From the NCBI GenBank assembly GCA_964429015.1, contig CAYSAM010000004.1, positions 1 through 57,350 on the forward strand: a stretch of 57,350 bases of DNA, written 5' to 3'. This document shows positions 46,644-54,476 of the stretch, piece by piece. This stretch comes from an uncultured Pseudomonadales bacterium. GTDB taxonomy: Bacteria; Patescibacteriota; Microgenomatia; UBA1400; MFAQ01. The position numbers were made by a program, and so were the translations under genes. The notes beneath the pieces are model-generated. The model was not told where the DNA came from. It worked only from the letters and a program-made list of their open reading frames with translations, and did not search any database. How positions within the stretch are numbered: position 1 is the first letter of the stretch; each line of letters starts with the position of its first letter.

Positions 46644-47021
46644 ATGAACAACCCAATTCGTATCCATAGGGTATCTTTCCGGCACGCCTTTGACGGAATC
46701 ATTCACAATTTTAAAACACAGCCTAATTTTAGATTTCATTTTTTTGCTGCTTTTTTGGCTACTGCTGCAGGACTATTCTTTAGAGTTAACTTCATCGAAT
46801 GGATGGTTTTGTTTTTTACTTTTAATATGGTAATAGTTGCTGAAATGGTAAACACCACAGTTGAGGCAATTGTTGACCTTATTACTCAAGAAAGAAGACA
46901 AGACGCCAAAGTTGCCAAAGATGTTTCTGCAGGCATGGTTCTTATAGCAGCAATCTTCGCCATTGTTATCGGGCTTTATATTTTTGTCCCCAAAATTATA
47001 GTATTTATAACAAACCAATGA
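46644..47021 (+). CDS. dgkA: Diacylglycerol/undecaprenol kinase (DgkA family)
   Basis: 125 aa. FRHAFDGIIHNFKTQPNFRFH, AEMVNTTVEAIVDLI, AKDVSAGMVL. Three TM helices. Confidence 0.85.
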   Translation: MNNPIRIHRVSFRHAFDGIIHNFKTQPNFRFHFFAAFLATAAGLFFRVNFIEWMVLFFTFNMVIVAEMVNTTVEAIVDLITQERRQDAKVAKDVSAGMVLIAAIFAIVIGLYIFVPKIIVFITNQ

Positions 47022-48043
47022 ACATCCTCTTAGGTGTACTTTTGTTTTCATTTATTATCCACTCTCTAAGTATTGTTCCTTTTATAAATTTTCTTTACAA
47101 CTACAAGTTTTTTAAAAATAAAACTGCTGTTTCTAAGGATAAAAAGGATGAAGCCTCAGAACATATTCGTTCCAAATCACGTACCCCTGAGGGTGGTGGA
47201 CTTTTAATTCTTACTATCACCAGTCTGATTTTTGTTTTTGTTATGCCTGCACTAAAGCTACTAGGCTTCGAAATTACCCACGTCTATCCCATAAACGATG
47301 AAATTAATGTTATCTTTTTTACTTTTATATCCTTTGGCTTACTGGGGTTATATGATGACATTATTAAGTTTTTTGAGCTAGATAGACAAAGTGGATACAC
47401 AGGCTTAAAGACTGGTTACAAATTTCTGATTCAAGCCATACTCGGATTGGTTGTCGGTATTATGCTTTATGTAAATCTCGGTATAGATATTATCCATATA
47501 CCTTTTCTTGGAGTTATTCATTTTGGTGCTTGGTTTATTCCTTTATCAGCACTTTTAGTGGTCGGGTTTTCCAATTCTCTAAATATTACCGATGGTATGG
47601 ACGGTTTGGCCTCTGGATTGCTTATGATCTCTCTGTTTGGGCTACTGATACTATCCACTAGTGTTCTAGATACTCCATTATCACTTTTTATTGCCTCCTG
47701 GCTGGGTGGAATTATCGCCTTTCTTTACTTTAATGTTTATCCTGCAAGACTTTTTTTGGGTGACGTTGGCGCGCTGGCATTTGGGGCATCATTTGCTGTC
47801 GTTGGCCTGTTAACTGGGAAAGTTATAGCTCTTATGATAATCGGACTGCCCTTTATAGTTGATGGACTTAGCAGCTTTTTGCAGATAGTATCTGTCAAGA
47901 TATTTAAAAAAAGAGTTTTTCCTATTGCACCAATTCATTATTGGTTGTTAAAGATTGGTTGGACAGAGCCAAAAATTGTTCAAAGAGCATGGCTTATTAA
48001 TATAATCCTGGTTATCTTTGGTATTTGGTTGGCAATTATTTAA
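47018..48043 (+). CDS. mraY: Phospho-N-acetylmuramoyl-pentapeptide transferase
   Basis: YDDIIKF, NITDGMDGLA, FLGDVGALAFG. Confidence 0.92.
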   Translation: MNILLGVLLFSFIIHSLSIVPFINFLYNYKFFKNKTAVSKDKKDEASEHIRSKSRTPEGGGLLILTITSLIFVFVMPALKLLGFEITHVYPINDEINVIFFTFISFGLLGLYDDIIKFFELDRQSGYTGLKTGYKFLIQAILGLVVGIMLYVNLGIDIIHIPFLGVIHFGAWFIPLSALLVVGFSNSLNITDGMDGLASGLLMISLFGLLILSTSVLDTPLSLFIASWLGGIIAFLYFNVYPARLFLGDVGALAFGASFAVVGLLTGKVIALMIIGLPFIVDGLSSFLQIVSVKIFKKRVFPIAPIHYWLLKIGWTEPKIVQRAWLINIILVIFGIWLAII

Positions 48044-48046
48044 ACT

Positions 48047-49117
48047 ATGGGGGCAAGTCATAAAAAGCTTTCTTATCTAATATTAATTTCAGGTATACTC
48101 GTAGCTTGTTTTGGTCTTATCGCAATTTATGATGCCTCAGTAGTAGATGCATACAAAACTTTTGGTGATAAATTTCACTATGTAAAGCAACAGTCTAGCT
48201 GGTTAATACTTGGTATTTTTGCCTCGCTAATCACTGCCAAAATCCCTCTTCCGTTTTTAAAAAAAATAGCACCACTGGCATTGTTATTGACAATCGCCTT
48301 ATTGGTTCTAGTCCTAATTCCGGGCATTGGCTCAAAGTTTTTGGGTGCAAGACGTTGGTTGGTGGTTGGTCCGGTTGTTGTTCAACCATCTGAAATTTTA
48401 AAAATAACTCTTGTTCTATATTTATCTCACTGGCTAGAAAAACCACGAGAACTTGTTAAGTTTTTATCAATCATTGGTTTTTGTTTGTTACTTATTATGT
48501 TTCAGCCCGATCTTGGCACCGCCATAATTGTTGTTGGAGCATCATTTTTAATTTATTATCTGTCTGGAGCTCCCGTAAAGCACATTTTAATTTTTTCTGC
48601 AGCTTTACTTTTTTCTGTCAGCGTTTTAATTATTAGCTCACCTTACAGACTAGACAGAGTAAAGACTTTTCTAGATCCAACCTCAGACCCTCTTGGTCGT
48701 TCATATCATATCAACCAAATACTCTACGGAATTGGCTCTGGTGGTTTTGGAGGTGTGGGTCTTGGTAAATCTCGGCAAAAATATGCATTTTTACCAGAAG
48801 CAACTACAGACTCTATCTTTGTTATTATTGCTGAAGAGTTTGGTTTTTTTGGAGCTACCGTAATAATAGGTATTTTGGCCTATCTCCTAGTCTCCTCGTT
48901 TAAGGTTGCTATATACGCCAAAGACAAATTTAGCAAACTACTTGCAAGTGGTGTTTCCTTAATATTTTTAGTTCAAATTTTTGTAAATTTAAGCTCCATG
49001 GTTGCCCTAATTCCACTCACAGGTGTACCTTTACCATTTATTTCTTATGGTGGCTCTTCACTTGTTTCCAACTTTATAGCACTTGGTTTACTTATTAACG
49101 TTGCAAGCAAAACATGA
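48047..49117 (+). CDS. ftsW: SEDS-family peptidoglycan glycosyltransferase FtsW/RodA
   Basis: QPSEILKI, QPDLGTAI, EATTDSIFVIIAEEFGF, PLPFISYGGSS. Confidence 0.9.
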   Translation: MGASHKKLSYLILISGILVACFGLIAIYDASVVDAYKTFGDKFHYVKQQSSWLILGIFASLITAKIPLPFLKKIAPLALLLTIALLVLVLIPGIGSKFLGARRWLVVGPVVVQPSEILKITLVLYLSHWLEKPRELVKFLSIIGFCLLLIMFQPDLGTAIIVVGASFLIYYLSGAPVKHILIFSAALLFSVSVLIISSPYRLDRVKTFLDPTSDPLGRSYHINQILYGIGSGGFGGVGLGKSRQKYAFLPEATTDSIFVIIAEEFGFFGATVIIGILAYLLVSSFKVAIYAKDKFSKLLASGVSLIFLVQIFVNLSSMVALIPLTGVPLPFISYGGSSLVSNFIALGLLINVASKT

Positions 49118-50193
49118 ATAACTTAATAGTCTTTATTGGTGGGCATCATAATAGTACTCTAGAAGTGGCCAAATCAGCCCAAAAAAATAATTTTCAAACT
49201 CTTTGGCTCGGTCACAAGTTTAACCATAGCGATAACAAAAGTTTTTCCGCTGAGTATCAAGAGGTAACCCTTGCCAAAATTCCTTTTTTAGAGCTAAAAA
49301 CAGGTCGTTTTTATAAAAAAATAAACTTTTTTGAAGTGTTAAAAATAATTTTTGGTTTTTTTCAGGCTGCCTACTATCTTTTAAAATATCGTCCCGCTCT
49401 TGTGTTCTCATCTGGTGGTTATATGGCTGTTCCTGTTGTAGTGGTGGCTTACTTGTTGCGTATTCCAAGCTTAACTCACGAACAAACTGTTGTTTCTGGT
49501 TGGGCCAACAAAGCTATTGCACCTTTTGTTAAAAAAGTCTTACTTACTCATGCGGTTTCCGAAGAAAATTACCCTAAACAAAAAAGTGAAGTGGTTGGTT
49601 TACCCGTTAGAGCTGAGCTTGTCGATAAAAATAATAGTAAAATTTTTCATCCCAAATTATTGTATGTAACTTGTGGTAAACAAGGATCGCACTTGGTAAA
49701 CGATGCTCTTTTCCCTCTCATCCCCACTTTAGTAAAAAAATTCACAATAGTTCACCAGGTGGGGTCTAATGTTCTTACAAAAGACTTAGACAGAGCGCGA
49801 AGGATCAAGGAACGATTGGGTGTAAACGCCAACCGTTACCAATATGCACCATATTATTTTGGAAAAGACTCTGCAACCTACCTCAGATCTGCTGATATTG
49901 TTATTAGCCGAGCAGGAGCTCACACGATTTATGAATTAATTGTTCTCAATAAAAAAGCTGTTGTTATTCCCATATCTTGGGTTTCTCATCAAGAGCAGCT
50001 CAAAAATGCCGAACTAGCAAAAAAAGAAATTGAATGTGAAATTCTCGAAGAACAAACTCTAAACTCAGAATATTTACTTAACGCAATTACTAAAATGGAC
50101 AAACTGCCCAAAAAAAGAGTCCCTACTAATTTAAAAAACAATGTTGCCGAAAAGATCGTTTCTATCATTAAATCGGAAATTGCCAAATCTTAA
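49114..50193 (+). CDS. murG: UDP-GlcNAc:lipid I N-acetylglucosaminyltransferase MurG (divergent)
   Basis: THEQTVVSGWANK and ISRAGAHTIYELIVLNKKAVVIP...HQEQLKNA match MurG. The N-terminal G-loop is GGHHNS instead of GGTGGH. Confidence 0.8.
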   Translation: MNNLIVFIGGHHNSTLEVAKSAQKNNFQTLWLGHKFNHSDNKSFSAEYQEVTLAKIPFLELKTGRFYKKINFFEVLKIIFGFFQAAYYLLKYRPALVFSSGGYMAVPVVVVAYLLRIPSLTHEQTVVSGWANKAIAPFVKKVLLTHAVSEENYPKQKSEVVGLPVRAELVDKNNSKIFHPKLLYVTCGKQGSHLVNDALFPLIPTLVKKFTIVHQVGSNVLTKDLDRARRIKERLGVNANRYQYAPYYFGKDSATYLRSADIVISRAGAHTIYELIVLNKKAVVIPISWVSHQEQLKNAELAKKEIECEILEEQTLNSEYLLNAITKMDKLPKKRVPTNLKNNVAEKIVSIIKSEIAKS

Positions 50194-50935
50194 GTATTTA
50201 TTTTTTTATTTACTTGCCGTTGCCTTTATCTTTTTCGTAGTATCTAGTCTAAAAATCAACAAAATTGTCTGCCTCCAAAACAATAAAACCTGCGACAGTG
50301 TCTACCAAGATCTGTTAAACAAAAAAGTTGGATCAAGCCTAATAAATATTAGTTTTAGGCAGACAGTAAGAGATTTAAACTTGGCGCGTCCCACTAGTGG
50401 GGTTGATATTCACTTTAAGCTTTTTAATACCTTACTAGTAAATATAACCAACAACCAAAAATCACTAGATGTAAACTTAACTCTAGTCAGTAAGTATCCA
50501 AAACTTAGTATGGACAGTCTTCCAGAATCAAGCACAGCTGCTGTCTTTTTTAAAAAACCTAGTGTAGAAATAAAAGATTTTTTTTCTGATTTAACCAGCA
50601 CTAGTTTTAGTTTGTGGCCCAATGGGGAGCTTACACCAGCATCCTCATCTGAAGCAAAAATTAAATATTTTATTACCGAAAAGCCCAAAGTAGATGTTTT
50701 GGTCAATCTCTACGACTTAATAAATCAGCTTTTACAATACACTGATCCCGAAAATATTTATATTGTTGATAAAAACGTATTCTTGAGTAGAAGCGATCAA
50801 CCTGATATTATAACCTCAGTTCCTTTCGAGCAAACAGCACTTGTTGAGGCTTTACAATCATTGGGTTTTTTTACTACAATAAAAAAGGATACAAAAATTA
50901 TTGATCTTCGTTTTAAGAATCCAACAATAAGATAA
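50141..50935 (+). CDS. ftsQ: FtsQ/DivIB-like cell division protein (weak)
   Basis: Single N-terminal TM, then a POTRA-like INKIVCLQNNKTC...VGSSLINISF. Position between murG and ftsA. 53-nt overlap with murG. Confidence 0.45.
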   Translation: MLPKRSFLSLNRKLPNLKYLFFYLLAVAFIFFVVSSLKINKIVCLQNNKTCDSVYQDLLNKKVGSSLINISFRQTVRDLNLARPTSGVDIHFKLFNTLLVNITNNQKSLDVNLTLVSKYPKLSMDSLPESSTAAVFFKKPSVEIKDFFSDLTSTSFSLWPNGELTPASSSEAKIKYFITEKPKVDVLVNLYDLINQLLQYTDPENIYIVDKNVFLSRSDQPDIITSVPFEQTALVEALQSLGFFTTIKKDTKIIDLRFKNPTIR

Positions 50936-50937
50936 AA

Positions 50938-52212
50938 ATGGCAAAAACATCAGGAATAAACGCAATTGACATCGGTTCTAGCAAAATTACTTGTCTTATT
51001 ACGGTTCCATCTCAAGATGGACAAAAAATAAATGTAGTTGGTGTTGCTACAGTTCCTAGTCGTGGCGTAAAAAAGGGTCAGATAGTTAATATCGAGGAAT
51101 GTGTTAGCGCCATAACTGATTGTGTTGAATCTGCCGAAAGAATGGCGGGGTTCGGTATGGAAACAGCCTTTGTTTCTATTTCTGGTGAACATATCCAATC
51201 ACAAAATTCTCATGGCCTTGTCGCTATCCGAGAAACCGAACAGGAAATCACTCCAGACGATGTTTTTAGGGTTATTGAGGCAGCTAGAGCTATTTCTTTA
51301 CCTACCTCACGCGAAATAATCCATGTATTGCCCAGTGAGTTTATCGTAGACAGTCAAAAAGGTATCAAAGATCCTACTGGCATGTCTGGTATTAGACTGG
51401 AAACCGAAGCACATTTAATAACTGGTTTATCTCCAGCTATAAAAAATGTTACTCGTTGTGTTAGTGATCTTGGTATTACTGTTAGTGGTTTGGTGTTTAC
51501 TGGTCTTGCCTCTGCTGAAGCGGTTCTCTCTGATACAGACAAAGATCTAGGGGTTATCCTTGTCGACATTGGTGGTGGTACTACTAGTGTATGTGTCTTT
51601 TTGGAGGGTTCGTGTGTTTATTCTTCTGTTATCCCAATCGGTGCTAAAAAAATCAGTGACGATATTGCCATTGGTCTTCAAATAAGTGTCGATAGCGCTG
51701 AAAAAATTAAACATTTTGTCGGAAAACCAAAAAATGAAAAAACAGATGAGGATGGTAAACCTGGTGATGAGATAGATCTCTTAAAACTTGGAATCGCTGA
51801 AGAAGCAAAAACTGTCTCACGTAAAACTATTGTTGAGGGCATAATACGTCCCAGGTTGAATGAAATTTTTACCATGGTCAATCAAGTTGTTAAGCAATCA
51901 GGTTTTCAGGGACAGTCACCCGCTGGAGTTGTAATTACTGGTGGTGGTTCGCTTACCGTTCTTGCTACCGAAAGTTGTCGTCGCGTTTTGCAACTTCCTG
52001 CCAAAGTCGGTATTCCTTCTGGTCTTTCTGGAATGATCGACGAAATTAATACTCCCATTTCTTCTGCCTCAGTAGGTCTTGTCCTCTACGGTTTAAAAAA
52101 TAAAAGTGAACAGAGCGGTTCAGGTCTAAACTTCTCTGGTATGATAAAGGGGATTCCTGGGCAGAAGTACGCCAGCAAGGTAATCGACTTTATTAAATCA
52201 TTTTTACCATAA
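50938..52212 (+). CDS. ftsA: Cell division protein FtsA
   Basis: [26 protein letters not shown] actin-fold motifs. Confidence 0.9.
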   Translation: MAKTSGINAIDIGSSKITCLITVPSQDGQKINVVGVATVPSRGVKKGQIVNIEECVSAITDCVESAERMAGFGMETAFVSISGEHIQSQNSHGLVAIRETEQEITPDDVFRVIEAARAISLPTSREIIHVLPSEFIVDSQKGIKDPTGMSGIRLETEAHLITGLSPAIKNVTRCVSDLGITVSGLVFTGLASAEAVLSDTDKDLGVILVDIGGGTTSVCVFLEGSCVYSSVIPIGAKKISDDIAIGLQISVDSAEKIKHFVGKPKNEKTDEDGKPGDEIDLLKLGIAEEAKTVSRKTIVEGIIRPRLNEIFTMVNQVVKQSGFQGQSPAGVVITGGGSLTVLATESCRRVLQLPAKVGIPSGLSGMIDEINTPISSASVGLVLYGLKNKSEQSGSGLNFSGMIKGIPGQKYASKVIDFIKSFLP

Positions 52213-52213
52213 A

Positions 52214-53368
52214 GTGGGACTCGTAAAACCAGATACAAATACTTACGCCAAAATAAAAGTTTTAGGTGTTGGTGGTGGTGGAAACAACGCCATTAATTCC
52301 ATGATTAACTCTGGGAAAATTAAAGGCGTAGAATTTATTGCTGTTAATACCGACATGCAAGCTCTACTTGCTTCAAATGCTGATATTAAATTGCAAATTG
52401 GAGAAAAAAATACAAAAGGGTTAGGGTCTGGATCCAACCCCGACGTGGGAGCACAAGCCGCCGAAGAATCTCGAGAAAAAATAAAAGAAGTTTTGCTTGG
52501 TGCTGACATGGTTTTTATAACCGCAGGAGAAGGTGGAGGTACTGGTACTGGTGCTGCTCCCGTAATCGCCGAAATTGCCAAAAAAGATATTAACGCTCTT
52601 ACTGTGGCCGTCGTAACTAAACCTTTCTTGTTTGAGGGAGCCAGACGTCGTGTTCAGGCCGAAGAGGGGGTGGAAAAACTAAAAGAAAACGTTGACACTC
52701 TAATTGTTATTCCCAACCAACGTCTTATGGATGTTGTCAAAAAAGACCAATCACTTCTCGATGCTTTTAAAACCGCAGACTCTGTTTTGGGTCAAGGGGT
52801 TCAAGGTATCTCCGACCTTATTACTGTTCCTGGTCTTATTAACGTAGACTTCGCTGACGTTAAATCGGTTATGACCAACGCTGGCTCTGCTCTTATGGGT
52901 GTTGGTAGAGCTAGTGGTGAAAAGAGAGCTATGATCGCCGCCAATATGGCGGTTAGCTCACCTCTGTTGGAGGTTAGTATCGAAGGTGCTCGCGGTATTT
53001 TATTTAACATTACTGGTGGTAAGAGTCTGACTATGAATGAGGTCAACGACGCTGCTACCATCATCACTCAATCTGCCGATCCCGACGCTAACATTATTTT
53101 TGGTGCTTCAATTAGAGATGACATGGGTGATGACGTTCAGATTTCTGTCATCGCCGCTGGTTTTGATGAAGCCAGAAGACACTTTGGCAGCAATCAACGC
53201 AGTACTAGTTTTTTTATGCCAAGTAACGATAATAAAACCGAAACTCCAAAACCAATTGAATCCAAGCCAGAACCAGTTTCCGGTAGCAGCAAGTTTAAGG
53301 TAAACCACGAAGAGGTAAATATTGAAGATGATTTGGATATTCCAACTTTTTTAAGAAATAAATATTAA
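52214..53368 (+). CDS. ftsZ: Cell division GTPase FtsZ
   Basis: [32 protein letters not shown]-terminal [10 protein letters not shown] peptide. GTG start. Confidence 0.97.
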   Translation: MGLVKPDTNTYAKIKVLGVGGGGNNAINSMINSGKIKGVEFIAVNTDMQALLASNADIKLQIGEKNTKGLGSGSNPDVGAQAAEESREKIKEVLLGADMVFITAGEGGGTGTGAAPVIAEIAKKDINALTVAVVTKPFLFEGARRRVQAEEGVEKLKENVDTLIVIPNQRLMDVVKKDQSLLDAFKTADSVLGQGVQGISDLITVPGLINVDFADVKSVMTNAGSALMGVGRASGEKRAMIAANMAVSSPLLEVSIEGARGILFNITGGKSLTMNEVNDAATIITQSADPDANIIFGASIRDDMGDDVQISVIAAGFDEARRHFGSNQRSTSFFMPSNDNKTETPKPIESKPEPVSGSSKFKVNHEEVNIEDDLDIPTFLRNKY

Positions 53369-53369
53369 T

Positions 53370-53630
53370 ATGATCAAAAAAAAGAAATCTTTTAAGAAAA
53401 AAGAGGAAATAAATGTTACAGGTAAAAACTTAGTAGCTACTCTTAAAAAGCTAATCGAAGAGGGAAATGTTCGCCATGTTTTGGTAAAAAATAAAACCGG
53501 TAAGATTCTTTTTGAATTTCCTTTAACTGCTGGTGTCGTTGGTGCTGCCCTTTTACCAGTATTCGCTGGAATCGGCGCGATTGCAGCCATGATTGGTGAA
53601 TGCACCATCTCTGTAGAAAGAAATAAATAA
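53370..53630 (+). CDS. DUF4342 domain-containing small protein
   Basis: 86 aa. GKNLVATLKKLIEEGNVRHVLVKNKTGKILFEFPLTAGVVGAALLPVFAGIGAIAAMIGECTISVER matches my memory of the DUF4342 pattern. Starts 1 nt after the ftsZ stop. Confidence 0.7.
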   Translation: MIKKKKSFKKKEEINVTGKNLVATLKKLIEEGNVRHVLVKNKTGKILFEFPLTAGVVGAALLPVFAGIGAIAAMIGECTISVERNK

Positions 53631-53681
53631 ATAAACCACCCGGTAGTATAATAAATCTATCCAAAATTAACGGAGGTTGCT

Positions 53682-54089
53682 TTGATAATTAATCCAAAGG
53701 AAAGTGGCCAAGGAATGGTCGAATATGCTTTAATTCTGGTTCTAGTTGCTATTGTGGTCTTTACGGCTCTCATGCTCCTTTATCCTTACATTGAGTATTT
53801 TGAAACAGAAGGCAATAGGGGTATTTTATCCTCAGCTCCTGTTATTTACGATCACGGTAGCCCGGTTTATTTGCCAGAGGGATCGTACTTTAGTAAGTAC
53901 ATTTTGGTCGATTACGAAAGTTGTGAGGAAGTTGATACTGGCCCCTACTATCTTAAAGTGGGGACTACGTATGAAGACCCCTCTGTTATTACAGTAGAAA
54001 AAACCCCATCATCAGACTATCAAATCTGTAATAATCTTCGCGGGACCTCAATTCAAGTGATCTACGCTTTTTATAAGTTGGAAAAGTAA
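53682..54089 (+). CDS. Flp-type (class III signal peptide) pilin-like protein with extended C-terminal domain
   Basis: TTG start 5 nt after GGAGG (53672-53676). MIINPKESG|QGMVEYALILVLVAIVV fits the Flp G/xxxxEY motif plus hydrophobic helix. About 95 further residues with 2 Cys. Confidence 0.6.
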   Translation: MIINPKESGQGMVEYALILVLVAIVVFTALMLLYPYIEYFETEGNRGILSSAPVIYDHGSPVYLPEGSYFSKYILVDYESCEEVDTGPYYLKVGTTYEDPSVITVEKTPSSDYQICNNLRGTSIQVIYAFYKLEK

Positions 54090-54095
54090 TCACAA

Positions 54096-54124
54096 TATCT
54101 CCTCACAAGGGAGATATTTTTTTA
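54096..54124 (+). terminator. Rho-independent terminator
   Basis: ATATCTCC (54096-54103), loop TCACAAG, GGAGATAT (54111-54118), then TTTTTT. Confidence 0.75.
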
Positions 54125-54171
54125 TTACTTTACATTCGGGTAATATTCGTGTTTAATTTAGTTAGTGGCTT

Positions 54172-54196
54172 GTCATTCCGGACTAGATCCGGAATC
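54172..54196. repeat. Short hairpin element GTCATTCCGGA-CTAGA-TCCGGAATC, related to the GTCATTGCGA...GCAATC family
   Basis: Perfect 7-bp stem TTCCGGA/TCCGGAA. Starts with GTCATT and ends with GAATC, like the half element at 6277. Followed by TATATAAAT. Confidence 0.5.
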
Positions 54197-54218
54197 TATA
54201 TAAATAAACACCGAAAAT

Positions 54219-54476
54219 ATGACTCAAAACATTTCCGAATCTGTTTCTGTCCAAATGGTTTTTGATCATCGTCTTCACTTGGCCAAGCCACAACAATTAT
54301 TTTGGAATAACAAAGTTTACCCAGTTACCCAGATTGGTTTGCGCCACTGCTTCCGAGAGGGTCGTAAACTCTTTCATATTTTTTCCTTGGTCAGCCACAA
54401 TCTTTTTTTTCGTCTTCGTTTTGATACTGAAAATTTATCTTGGACAATAGAACAAATCTCTGATGGTTTGGCTTAA
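54219..54476 (+). CDS. Hypothetical small protein translationally coupled to the Y-family polymerase
   Basis: 85 aa. 14-nt overlap with the downstream polymerase gene. No motif I can name with confidence. Confidence 0.5.
   Translation: MTQNISESVSVQMVFDHRLHLAKPQQLFWNNKVYPVTQIGLRHCFREGRKLFHIFSLVSHNLFFRLRFDTENLSWTIEQISDGLA

Noticed and set aside
52243-53308. Several antisense or alternate-frame ORFs within ftsZ (52243-52581, 52801-53067, 53037-53303, 53108-53308).
   Set aside because: ftsZ is unambiguous. Gly/Ala-rich coding regions typically leave other frames open.
54125-54170. SOS/LexA box upstream of the Y-family polymerase operon (TACATTCGGGTAATATTCGTGT).
   Set aside because: It contains two direct ATTCG copies but is not palindromic. 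It matches neither CTGT-N8-ACAG nor the CGAAC-N4-GTTCG type.
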